In this document: positions 40,401 to 54,500 of the stretch, one piece after another
How the letters are laid out: each line of letters starts with the position of its first letter
How positions within the stretch are numbered: the first letter of the stretch is position 1
NCBI RefSeq assembly: GCF_006345805.1
Contig: NC_042998.1
Coordinates: forward strand, 20,832,001 to 20,896,000
Source of the DNA: Octopus sinensis
Lineage: Eukaryota
Length of the DNA: 64,000 bases
Direction: 5' to 3'
Program-made: the position numbers and the translations under genes
The notes under the pieces: generated by a model
Databases searched by the model: none
The model's input: the letters and a program-made list of their open reading frames with translations, nothing else
What the model was told of the DNA's origin: nothing

Positions 40401-43400
40401 TTTCGTTTTTAGATTTGGTTTGCAAGATTCTTTATATGAGTTTGTGTTGAAGCATATTCTCTTGTGTCTGGGGAGAGTCATTTTCTTTTTGTGCCTTATA
40501 ATGTAACACACTCACCAGTAAAATTTCCACTTATTTCTTATTTTTATTTACCTAAAATTTTCGTTGTGTCTTGCAACCTTTTCAGTACTCTTGATAAGAC
40601 ATAAGTGGAAATTTTACCGGTGAGTGTGTTACATTATAAGGCACAAAAAGAAAATGACTCTCCCCAGACACAACAGAATTAGTAATGGTGTTTCAGATAA
40701 AGTCATCTTGTATGTTTGTCTTTATTTTTTAGCTGTTCTATTTTTGAAAATAAAACACTTAATTTGTATTAGTTTTAGCCAAAAACAGGCTAGGCCAACT
40801 AGAATTACAATGCGGGCCACTTTAGTCATAGAAAGTTTTCTGAGGGCTGCTTATATACTGACAGAATTGAAAGCATTTTGCTTTCTCATGCTATTATTAC
40901 AATAATGAATCAATGATCGTTGGTTCAATATGAAATATTATCGTTGCAAAAACAGTACTATCTTTCTTCTTTTACTTTACATTACAATCTTTAATTTTTG
41001 ATGAAATTTTAAAACTGTTTGTTTAAATAAACCCATTTGAAGAAAGTATCAAGTGGGCTGCGAAATACTAGTCTGCGGGCCACATGCAGCCTGTGGGCCT
41101 CAGGTTGGCCAACCCTAGCCTAAAACTTTTCAAAAGCTAGGTGTCTATGTTTTTATTCAATTTATCACCATCTTGAGCTAGACATGAAAGACTAATTTTC
41201 TTTTTTCAAGAGACTGTGTGTGTGTGTGTGTGTATGTGTGTATGTATGCATTTTTCTTTTTTAATTGAGATTTAGCCACCTTTCATTTTTACAGGGTTTA
41301 AATATTCTTTTCTTTTAAATCTTTAAAAAAATTTTTTTTTTTTTAATATCCTGTTAAAATAGGTCTTTCTTCAGTTCAGAAATGTCAGGAGGTTTCATCA
41401 CCTAAAAATTAAAAAATAAAGGTTCTTAGTTTAAAATTCATCTGGAAAATATGCATATATGGAGAAATAAATCATTTATAATTATCTTGATTATAGTGCT
41501 TTGTGTGGAAGCGTGTGGCTTAGTGGTTAGGGTGTCAGCATCATGATCGTAAGCTTGTGGTTTCGATTCCTGGACCGGGCGACACGTTGTGTTCTTGAGC
41601 AAAACACTTCATTTCACGTTACTCCAATCCACTCAGCTGGCAAAAATGAGTAACATTGCGATGGATTTGCGTCCCGTCCAGCTGGAGAACACATACGCCA
41701 TAGAAACCAGGAAACCGAGCCCATGAGCCTGGCAAGGCTTTAAAAGGGCACATTTATTATTATTTATAGTGCTTTGTATCATAAAAGTATTGTCTATACT
41801 TATGAGGTGACAGTTTTTTTTTTATATATATATCTTCATTAAGAAACATTTCTCATGGCCCCAGCAAACAAAATAGAAAAGGTATTGTCCCAATGGCAAA
41901 GAAGATGTGTATACTTTCAGTAAATATGCTGAATTGATATAAGTGAAGCTAAAACATTAATAATTCACAAACTGTAATATAAACAATATATGGCAGCCTA
42001 AACAGAATTCTTTTTGTTTTTTTATGTTTTAATTTTAGCTCCAACTGTGTTATCAACCTGTCAGCTGACAAAAAAGCGGTGTTGGCACAAGCTTATAAGA
42101 TTCTAAAAGTGAGTTTTTGCCTTTATTTAAAAGTATAATCCACTTTTTTTTCCCCAAAATTTAACGGTCAAAATCCCTAGTTGCATATTATATACGAGGT
42201 TAAAAATGAAAATTATTTTCTAAGCAATGTCCGAGTCTCTATTTGCTGTCCGGCAATATTTTATTCAGACGCATTTTGTGATGTCAGGAGCAAAAATACC
42301 TCAAGCTAAGCCTGAAAGCAATGAAGTCATAAAAGGATCATCCAAAACTTGCAGTAACCAATATTTATTAAACGTTATTACTGTTATTACTGTTATTTCT
42401 TTATTTTCTGCAAACAAAATGCACAAAAAAGCTACACGTTTGCATTATGTTATATATACAACTAGCAGTATCGCCCGGCGTTGCTCGGGTTTGTAAGGGA
42501 AATAACTATATAAGCATTTTTAGAGAGTTATAGCCAAAAAAATAGCAAAACAATGCATTAAAAATGGAAAAAAAAATGACGGTAAATTTTTTTTTAAATC
42601 GTTGACTCATCGTAGACATTTTTAGAGAGTTACTTCCCTTATATAATAGCGAAAAAATGCATTAAAATGGAAAAAAAATAATGGTAAATTTTTTTAAAAT
42701 CGTAGACTCATCGTAGATGCGCACTAATACCCAGAAGGGCTCGATATGAATCACGACTATTAAACTGCACCGCAAAATGTGGGAGTAGTTAGGAATCTAA
42801 ATCGTAGGAGACAGACACACAACCTTACTTTTATATATAAAGATAATAATAAAGGACGTTAGCGTATACATTTTTACAAACCAAGGATGTTATATAGACC
42901 TTATTGACTCAAGTTAGAGAAGGGGTGCGTATTATACAGAAGGTTTAGGTTTTTCAGAGGTACAGCCCCCTAAAAATCCCCTGCGTATTATACTCAAGGG
43001 CTGACTATACTTGAGGATTTACGGTAACTGAAATCAGAAACAAATTTTTATACATTTAAACCAAAATGGAATCTATTTGTGTTTTACAAACACTCGCAGG
43101 CATGGCTGTGTAGTAAGAAGTTTTCTTCTCAACCACATGGTTCTGGGTTCAGTTCTGCTGTGTGACACTCTGGGCAGATGTCTTCTACTATAGACCAAGG
43201 CCAACTAAGGCCTTGAGAGTGAAGGATTTGGGTGATGAAAACTAAAAGAAGCCCATTGTATATATATATATATATATGTATATGTGTGTGTATATGTTTC
43301 TGTGCCTGTGCTTGTCCCCCCCCCCCCAAATCGCTTGACAACCGATGCTGGTGTGTTTACATCTCCCGTAACTTAGTGGTTCAGCAATAGAGACCAATAG

Positions 43401-44974
43401 AATAAGTACTAGGCTTACAAAGAACAAGTCCTGGGGTCGATTTGCTCGACTAAAGGCGGTGCTCCACCACAGCCACAGTCAAATGACTGAAACAAGTAAA
43501 AGAGTATATAGAAAAACTAGGAGCAGAATATAGCTTTAGCTTTTGATTGAGTGCAGAAAAATATTTAAAAAGAAATGAAAGACATTATGTAAGATAAAGA
43601 AATGGAATAATAATAATTATAAAAAGTAAACTATAAAGGAAAAAGTAATCTTTATATATAAAAGTCAAGTTGTGTGTCTGTCTCCTACGATTTAGATTCC
43701 TAACTACTCCCACATTTTGCGGTGCAGTTTAACCAAATCGGGTATCTTATAGTCGTGATTCATATGGAGCCCTTCTGGGTATTAGCGCGCGTCTACGATG
43801 AGTCTACGATTTAAAAAAAAATTTACCATCATTATTTTCCATTTTAATGCATTTTTTCGCCATTATATAAGGGAAGTAACTCTCTAAAAATGTCTACGAT
43901 GAGTCAACGATTTAAAAAAAAATTTACCATCATTTTTTTCCCATTTTTAATGCATTTTTTTGCTATTTTTTGGCTATAACTCTCTAAAAATGCTTATACA
44001 GTTATTTCCCTTACAAACCCGAGCAACGCCGGGCGATACTGCTAGTAATAATTATAAAAAGGAAACTATAAAGGAAAAAGTAATAATTATGATACAGCAA
44101 TGAAACATTTTAGTTACAAAGGGTGAGAGATAAAAATAACCATAGTCAAGAAGTGCCAGACGTTTGGAAAGAGCAGAGAGAGGAAGGAGAAGAATATTAC
44201 ATGTACTCATTCCCAGCTTAGCAATTTTAAGCCAAGGTCAAAGGGACAAGCAGGTTACTTAGAAACAAGGTCATAAACCAGTATTACTGATTTTTTATAT
44301 ATATATATATATACAGCAGGAGTGGCTGTGGGGTAAGTAGCTTGCTAACCAACCACATGGTTCCGGGTTCAGTCCCACTGCGTGGCATCTTGGGCAAGTG
44401 TCTTCTGCTATAGCCCCGGGCCGACCAATGCCTTGTGAGTGGATTTGGTAGACGGAAACTGAAAGAAGCCCGTCGTATATATGTATATGTATATATATGT
44501 ATGTATGTGTGTTTGTGTGTCTGTGTTTGTTCCCCTAGCATTGCTTGACAACCGATGCTGGTGTGTTTACGTCCCTGTCACTTGGCGGTTCAGCAAAAGA
44601 GACCGATAGAATAAGTACTGGGCTTACAAAGAATAAGTCCTGGGGTTGATTTGCTCAACTAAAGGCAGTGCTCCAGCATGGCCGCAGTCAAATGACTGAA
44701 ACAAGTAAAAGATTATATGTGTGTGTGTGTGTGTGTGTGTATATACACTCTCTTTTTATTCTTTTACTTCTTTCAGTCATTTGACTGTGACCATGCTGGA
44801 GCACCGTCTTTAGTCGAGCAAATCGACCCTGGGACTTATTCTTTGTAAGCTTAGTACTTGTTTTATCGGTCACTTTTGCTGAACTGCTAAGTTACGGGGG
44901 ATGTAAACACACCAGCGTCAGTTGTCAAGCGATGTTGGGGGACAAACACACACATATATATGTGTGTGTGTGTA

Positions 44975-45028
<54 letters not shown>

Positions 45029-47008
45029 ATCATCGTCGTCATATATATATATGTATATATACATATATACGACGGGCTTCTTTCAGTTTCCATCTGCCAA
45101 ATCCACTCACAAGGCTTTGGTGGGCCCAAGACTATAGTAGAAGACACTTGCCCAAGGTGCTACACAGTGGGACTGAACCCAGACCAACGTGGTTCATAAG
45201 CAAGCTACTTACCACACAGTCACTCCTATGCCTATAAATATATATATATATATATATTCATATAAACATATACTGTCATCTACACATATACATACATACA
45301 TACATACATACACACACATACATGCAGATATTTGTATATACAGATATATAGATGTGCACATATGCATACAGTCGCACAAGTAAGTATGAAGAGATGTGTC
45401 GTATATTACTCTTTACTCTTTTACTTGTTTCAGTCATTTGACTGCGGCCATGCTGGAGCACCGCCTTTAGTCGAGAAAATCGACCCCGGGACTTATTCTT
45501 TGAAAGCCCAGTACTTATTCTATCAGTCTCTTTTGCCGAACTGGGGACGTAAACACACCAGTATCGGTTGTCAAGGAATGCTAGGGGGACAAACACACAC
45601 ACATACACATATATATACATATATACGACAGACTTCTTGAAGTTTCTGTCTACCAAATCCACTCACAAGGCATTGGTCGGCCCGGGGCTATAGCAGAAGA
45701 CACTTGCCCAAGATGCCATGCAGTGGGACTGAACCCGGAACCATGTGGTTGGTAAGCAAGCTACTTACCACACAGCCACTCCTGCGCCTATCTTTTACTT
45801 GTTTCAAGCATTAGACTGTGGCCATGCTGGAGCATCACCTTTTTTTAATTGAATGAACTGATCTCAGTAACTTACTTTCTTCTTTTAAGTCCGGTTCTTA
45901 ATATATTGGTCCCTTTTGCTGAACTACTAAGTTAAGAGCACATAAGCACGCCAACACTAATTGTCAAGTGGTGGTAGGGGACAAACACAGACACCCCGTC
46001 TAAACCTATGCAATTTCAGACGCCCAACCTCTTGTTCTTTATATAATCGCTGTCTCACAAAAAAAAGAAAATAGTTTACAAGTGTACAGTTTCAGCTGCC
46101 AACTGTCAGTACATTCATATCAGATCATGCAGCACGACCTTCAAAGTTAGAGTGAGCAACCACTACTCCAAGTTTCAAATCCCAAACAAAATCCAACAGT
46201 ACATCGTTATCTCAGCTTATCAATGAACTAAAAGATTGATTCAACTTCTTACACTCTCAAGTGGTCCATAGTCGCCTACGCCAAACCATACAGCTGCTGT
46301 AATAACAAGTGTGATCACTGCATAGCCGAGGTCTTGGCTATTTTGCAATCCGTGGATCATCTTAATGAACGCAGCAGCATAATTTTTACCTTACTCTTTA
46401 CTCTTTACTCTTTTGTTTCAGTCATTTGACTGTGGCGGTGCTGGAGCACCACCTTTAGTCAAGCAGATCGACCCCCCAGGACTTATTCTTTGGATGCCTA
46501 GTACTTATTCTATTGGCCTCCTTTGCTGAACTGCTAAGTTAAATGGAAGCACTCCGTCGGTTACGACGACGAGGGTTCCGGTTGATCCGAATCAACGGAA
46601 CAGCCTGCTCGTGAAATTAACGTGTAAGTGGCTGAGCACTCCACAGACACGTGTACCCTTAACGTAGTTCTCGGGGATATTCAGCGTGACACAGAGAGTG
46701 ACAAGGCCGGCCCCTTGAAATACAGGTACAACAGAAACAGGAAGTAAGAGTGAGAGAAAGTTGTGGTGAAAGAGTACAGCAGGGATCACCACCATCCCTG
46801 CTGGAGCCTCGTGGAGCTTTAGGTGTTTTCGCTCAATAAACACTCACAACGCCCGGTCTGGGAATCGAAACCGCAATCCTATGACTGCGAGTCCGCTGCC
46901 CTAACCACTGGGCCATTGCGCCTCCACTACTAAGTTACGGGGACGTAAACACACCACCATCAGTTGTCAAGCAATGTTGGGGTGATAAACACAGACACAC
47001 AAACATAT

Positions 47009-47055
<47 letters not shown>

Positions 47056-50000
47056 GTACATATATACGATGGGTTTCTTTCAGTTTCCGTCTAACAAATC
47101 CGCTCACAAGGCTTTGGTTGGCCCGAGGCTATAGTAGAAGACACTTACCTTGCTCAAGGTACCACGCAGTGGGACTGAACCCAGAACCATGTGGTTGGTA
47201 AGCAAGCTACTTACCACACAGCCACTCCCACGTCTATTGGGAAGCAAAATAGAAAAAACGTATTCTTAAGTAATGATTTATAACTGGAATAGGAAAATTC
47301 AATACCTCCCAATGACCATCATTTTCACTCCTGTATGGGGATGTCAGGCTATCAGGCCAGAGTATATATGATATAACACCCACAAAGTTATCAACCACCT
47401 CACCAACAACAACACTGAACACCTTTTTGATCTCCATGTGTCCAACACACATGGATATGCCTACAAAGTCAGAAAACAACACAGCTCCCATGACTTTCGG
47501 AAACATTTTTTCACGCTCAGAGTTGCTGAAGCATGGAACAAACTGCCTGCGTCAGTTGTTGACTGCCATGACACTGCATCCTTTAAGGCCCTCATGCTTT
47601 CCGAAATCCGCCGAAACTACACCTGATTATATATACACTTTAGATGAGTTGTAGTGCACCTGAGCACTGTACACAATTATTACTATTATTATTATTATAA
47701 CCAGTTTCATGTATTATTGATTTTGGCTTTTCATTGTAATGCATTGGCATATTTTTGCTTGTTCTTGTAACAAATGATTTTTAAATTATTCATCTCTGTA
47801 CTGTTAGGAAGGCGGTGAACTATACTTCAGTGATATGTATGCTGACCAAGAGGTTCCTGCTGATATACGCACAAATAAGGAACTCTGGGGTTTGTATTTC
47901 TTTCTTTCTTTCTTTCATTCATTTTTTTTTAATTTCTCATTCTTAATCATGTAACTCATAATTATCTATTTACTGTCATCATCATCACCATCATCACATA
48001 CCATATGCATGCACTCATGTGCAGAAATGTAAAAATACAAATAGAAGCGTGTAAGAGAGAGAGACATTACAATTTATTATTTACAGAGATGCTCTCGTGC
48101 TGGTGGTATGCAATAAGCACCATTCATGCATGGGTCATTGCCAGTACTGTCTGACTGGCTCCCCGTGCCAGTGGCATGTAAAAATTACCATCAAAATATG
48201 ATCGATGCCAGCCCCGTTGCTCTGGCTGGCTCCTGTGCTGGTAGCATGTAAAAAGCACCATCTGAATGTGGCTGATGCCATTATATGTTTCTTCATTGCC
48301 CACAAGGAGCTAATCATAGAGGGGACAAACAAGGACAGACAAAGGGATTAAGTCGATTACATCGACCCCAGTGCATAACTGGTACTTATTTAATCGACCC
48401 CAAAAGGATGAAAGGCAATGTTGACCTCGGTGGAATTTGAACTCAGAACAATTTGAACTCAGAACATAAAGACAGACAAAATACCTATTTCTTTACTACC
48501 CACAAGGGGCTAAACACAGAAGGGACAAACGAGGACAGACAAACAGATTAAGTCGATTATATTGACCCCAGTGCGTAACTGGTACTTATTTAATTGACCC
48601 CGAAAGGATAAAGGCAAAGTTGACCTTGGCAGAATTTTAACTCAAAACGTAACGGCAGACAAAATATCGCTAAGTATTTCGCCCCATGCTGGAGGCATGT
48701 AAAAAGGACCTGCTACACTCTGAAAGTGGTTGGCATTAGGAAGGGCATCCAGCTGTAGAAACATTGTCAGCTCAGACTAGAGCTTGGTGCAGTCAAAATT
48801 TGAAACCAGTAGTTAATTACACTTGAGGGTAGCGAGTTTGCAACATCGTTAGCTCGCTGACCAAAGTGCTTAGTGTGGTATTTCATGCATCTTTATGTTC
48901 TGAGTTCAAATTCTGTCAAGTCTGACTTTGCCTTTCATCCTTTCAGGGGTCAATACAATAAGTACTAGTTGAGTACTGGGGTTGATGTAATCAACTTACC
49001 TCCTCCCCCAAATTGCTGGATTTGTGTGAAAATTACAAAAAGATATTTAATTATACTTTATTGATTTGTGGGTTTTTTTATTTCAATGTTAGGTACTATA
49101 AATTCTCAGTGTTGATGCTGTGGCACTGTGGGTGATGAACCAAAAGAGAGAGAAAGTGACACAAGGTAACAGGGCAATTTAAGTATCCTTTGGCGTCCAT
49201 GCCGGTGGCATGTAAAAAGCAGCAAACAATCATGGCCGTTGCCAGCCTCCTCTGGCCCTTGTGCCGGTGGCACATAAAAAGCACCCACTATACACACGGA
49301 GTAGTTAGGAAGGGCATCCAGCTGTAGAAACACTGCCAGATCAGACTGGATCCTGGTGCAGCCTCCTGGCTTCCCAGACCCCAGTCAAACCGTCCAACCC
49401 ATGCCAGCATGGAAAATGGACGTTAAACGATGATGATGATGATGTCACTTTCTTTCTCCCTTCCAATGCATCACTCGCTAATGTCCTCTTTCATTTTGGT
49501 GTATCACCTGCTTTATCCACTGATGCTTTTATAAATTTCCAATAAACCCCAATTTTTTTTTAATCCAAAGGTGAAGGCCTTTCTGGGGCACTTTATTGGA
49601 AACAACTCCTAGAACTAACTCAAGAAATTGGATTTAGTCAAGTTCATATTGTCAGCATTTCCCGTATTCCTGTTGAAAGGGAAGATTACAAAAAACTTAT
49701 TGGTAAGAAAGCTTTTTTTATTGTATTTATTTTTTACTCAATTAATTTCTACTTGATTTGTTCCATTATTTAATTGAAGGATATTCTCTGTGTAATCTTG
49801 TGTAAAAAAAAAGTATGGAGTGCAAGTGTAATTTCAATAAAGAACAAAATAAGAATTTTTAACACTAACGTAAAAGGGGTGTTATTGTATGGGGCTGAGA
49901 CATGGCGAACAACAGTTAAGTCAAATAAGCAAATACAATCATTCATCAACAGATGCTTGCGTAGTATGCTTAAAATTAGATGGCCCCAACACAGAAGCAA

Positions 50001-51396
50001 TATGGAGCTATGGCAAAGAACAAATCAAATTTCGATTAGGGAGCAAATATTTTTTAAAAAGTGGAAGTGGATTGGTAGCATAATTAGAAAAGAAACACAC
50101 CAAATGTAGCGAAAAGTGCTTTAAAGTGGAAACCGGTTGGATATAGAAAGAAAGGTAGGCCTAAGAACTTGTGGCGTAGATCAACACAAAAGGAACTAGA
50201 GAAAGGGGGACAGTCATGGCAGAGTATAAGTACAGATGCGAAAAATTATGCAACATGGAATTCAATTATAAGTGGCCTATACTCTGCGTTGGAGGGTTAA
50301 AGGCAGAAAGCAAGAATCTTGTGTATGTATTAAAAAATGATCAGACTTGTCTTGGTGACATACCATTTCCATTAGATGGCTAAAAATGATGATCATCATG
50401 TTTGTTTGAATGCTCACTTTTCTATGCTTGTATGGATTAGATGGGATTATCATGATGATGATGATGGTCACCATCGTTTAATGTCCATTTTCCATGCTGG
50501 CATGGATTCGACATTTTGACAAGAACTGGTCAGCTGGAGAGCTGCACAAGGCTCCATTTATCTGTTTTGGCATGGTTTCTATGACTAGGGTGGGTGTAAG
50601 AGGCCAAATCCTGTCAATCTGAATGTGAGATGGGTAGAATATTTGAGCCCGGTATGACAAGTTCAAATACTAAAGGTTTAAGATGGTAGTGTGTGATTTG
50701 AGGGATAGTTTGTTACTATTTCTAGCAGGGAAATTGACTGCATAGAGGTTTGTCTTTAATTTGTCTATTTTTTAGGTAACTCATTCAAAGGAATTGGTAA
50801 CATTTGCAAAAAATTTATTTGCTTATCCCTGAATAAAATAAATTTTATTTCAAGAATAAAAAAAAATCCCATTCTTTAATTTTTCAGGTAACATAAAGTA
50901 TGCTGCTGTTACATGTCGTCTTTTTAAGTTACCAAAGAATTCCAAACCATCTTCTGCCCAAGTAGTCTACACTGGAGGTATTGTGGATCATGAGGACAGC
51001 CTGAAATTTAGTCGTCACATAACATTCTCTGTAAGTAAATAATTACAAACGAGGCACAGATGGAAATTTATGTAGATTTAAAGTTGTGTATAAAATATGC
51101 AAAACAGTATTTGAAACACTATTATTTTACGTCCATTTCCCTATGTTCTTTTCTTTTTCTTTTCTTTCTTTTACTTGTTTCAGTCATTTGACTGTGGCCA
51201 TGCTGGAGCACCGCCTTTAGTCGAGCAAATCGACCTCAGGACTTATTCTTTGTAAGCCTTGTACTTATTCTATCGGTCTCTTTTGCCGAACCATGAAATT
51301 ATGGGGGCATAAACACACCAGCATTGGTTGTCAAGCGATACTGGGGGCACAAACACAGACACACAAACATCTACACACCACAAACATACACACACA

Positions 51397-51434
<38 letters not shown>

Positions 51435-51542
51435 ATGATCACGTGACCGACCAGACCATCATGTTGCTACACATCGCTGGTCACAATGCATTCGCATTGT
51501 TTTAACCTTCGAATGACGCCACCCCGCTGGCTAAGCAAGCAG

Positions 51543-51589
<47 letters not shown>

Positions 51590-54500
51590 GATGGGCTTCT
51601 TTCAGTTTCTGTCTACCAAATCCACTCACAAGGCTTTGGTCAGCCCGAGGCTATAGCAGAAGACACTTGCCCAAGGTGCCACGTAGTGGGACTGAACCCG
51701 GAACCATGTGGTTTGTAAGCAAGCTACTTACCACACAGCCACTCCTACTCCTATGCTTACTAATTTGGATGAGCCTCCTCTAGCACAGAATTCCATTATT
51801 TGCTGCAGCTCTTTGTTATCTCCTTCACAACATTGTCTCTTGAGATCAGCTCTCAACATATCTGCCCATTCTTTTTTGGCCTTCCTCTTTCACATTTTCA
51901 TTCTACAGGTTCTTTGCACTTTGATTGCTTGGCACTTCTTTTACCCAATCTCATTCTCCATAAACATCATCATAATCATCATCATTTAATACCCATTTTC
52001 CATGCTGGCATGGGTTGAAGTGTTTGATATGAGGTAGCAACCCAGAGGGCCACACCAAGCTCCAGTTGTCTATTTTGGCATGGGTTCTATGGCTGAATGC
52101 TCTTCCTAACATCAACCCCTTCACAGAGTGTACTGGGTGCTTTTTAGGTGGCGCCAGTACATCTATATTTTTACATGGCACTGGCATGGGTGGATTTTTA
52201 TGCATTGCTAGCGTGGTTGCTCTTTTATGTGACATCAACATCATCATCATCATCATCGTTTAACGTCCGCTTTCCATGCTAGCATGGGTTGGACGATTTG
52301 ACTGAGGACTGGTGAACCAGATGGCTGCACCAGACTCCAATCTGATCTGGCAGAGTTTCTACAGCTGGATGCCCTTCCTAACACCAACCACTCCGAGAGT
52401 GTAGAGGGTGCTTTTACGTGCCACTGGCACGAGGGCCAGTCAAGCGGTACTGGCAACGGCCATGCTCAAATGGTGCTTTTTATGTGCCACCTGCACAGGA
52501 GCCAGTCCAGCGGCACTGGCAATGACCTCGCCCGAATGTTTTTTTCACGTGCCATCAGCACAAGTGCTAATAAGGCGACACGGGTAACGATCACACTCGA
52601 ATGGTGTTTTTAACATACCATTGGCATGGAGGCCAGCTTGTTGCTCTGGTATCGATCTAAATGAGTATGTTTATACTTGGTGCCAGCACAGCTGTTTTTT
52701 TTTTTACATGGCACCAGCACCTTCCTAATGCTAGCCACTTTACACTGTGAACTGGATGCCTTTTTCATGTCACCAGCACTAAAGAGGCTGTCATGCAGTT
52801 TGCGAGACTGTGAACCCTGGGTAAGCAAGACTATGGAACCTTGAGGTAAGACTACAAACCCTAGGGTAGTGGCCTACCTCTTTGGTCATAAGGCTTTTCA
52901 AATGAACCTTTTTTTTTATTTTAATTTTTTCAATTGACCTTTAAATGAGTAAATGGATTTAAATTATTTTCTATTTTCAGTCCAACAAACCTGTGACTGT
53001 TGACGCGGATTTACATGCTATCCTGAAATATTCTCGTTTTGGAGAAAAATTCCAAATTACTGAACAAAATGTAAGTTTTAATGACTTTTAGGGACACCAT
53101 ATTTTGTTATGCAACTATAATATACTACAAGGTCTATTAAACGTTTTTATAAGTCAATACATTGTTCTACTGTGTTAGCAGTGTTATTATTGGGTTGTCC
53201 AGAAAGTTCATGCCAATTTATAGTAGCTTACATTTCGACATAATTTAGAACATAGTTGAGTTCATAAAATAGGATTTGACTATACCTCCATTCAGAGCAC
53301 AGTTTAAGCTATCTTTTCGTGGAAGAAGGTTTATGTTCCTATAACTTGTGTTAATTCTGTAACCCTTTAAAATAGAAGATAAGAAAGTTCATTTTCAGCA
53401 CTTGATGCTTTGGGAATCAGACAAAAATTGCTGCAGTTCGGCTGGGATGTGTTACCCCACCCTCCATATTCACCAGATATTGCTCCTTCGGATTTCCACT
53501 TGTTCAGGTCTCTGCAGAATAGTCTTAATGGTAAAAATTTCAATTCCTTGGATGACATAAAAAGATACCTTGATGAATTCTTTGCCATGAAACCACCTCA
53601 ATTCTGGGAAGAGGATATTTTCGAGTTAAAGGAAAGATGGAGATGCATTGTGCAACAAAATGGTTCATATTTGGTTGATTAAAAATGTAATGGCAAGCAT
53701 CTATTGACCTTTTTTCTTTCCTTTAAAAATCGGCACAAACTTTCCAGACAACCCATTATATTATAGTTGCATTATGAAATATCCCAATACATCACTTAAT
53801 TTCATAATAAAAAGTTCAGAGTTCATAACTTACATTTTATTAAGATTATCTCTAGAGATTTCCTATGGAAATTATAGTCAGCTCTGGATTTGTTATAATA
53901 TTTCATATCCAGAACACCTGATGTAAACATTTCATTGTTTACACCAGTCCTAGCTATAATTTCAATAGAAAATCTCTAGAGATAATCTTAACGAAATGTA
54001 AGTGATGAACTCTGAACTTTTTATTGTGGAATACAGAAAAATATACTCTACATTTTGAGTATATTTACCTATGACATTAATCCACTGTATTATGTTATAT
54101 GTTAATTTATATATTGTCGTAGTATATTATAAAGCAATACTTCTGTCTCTTGAATGTATATTACATGTACACACAAGAAACTTTAAAAAGTGACTGAGTG
54201 GATCATTAGCTTTGAATGAAATACCTATTTCTTTACTAACCACAAGGGGCTAAACACAGAGGGGACAAACAAGGACAGACAAACAGATTAAGTCGATTAC
54301 ATCGACCCCAGTGCGTAACTGGCACTTATTTAATCGACCCCGAAAGGATGAAAGGCAAAGTCAACCTTGGCGGAATTTGAACTCAGAACATAGCAGAAGA
54401 CGAAATACCGCTAAGAATTTCGCCCGGCATGCTAATGTTTCTGCCAGCTCGCCACCTTTGAATGAAATACACTTACATGCACACAGACACACACATGCAT

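Noticed and set aside
49576-49578. Rescue of the missing Cys by RNA editing or selenocysteine
   Set aside because: The codon is GGC. A-to-I editing cannot make UGC from it, and it is not UGA.
47890-50887. Alternative Cys-containing copy of exon 6
   Set aside because: No second GALYW-like exon seen in introns 5 or 6 by eye.
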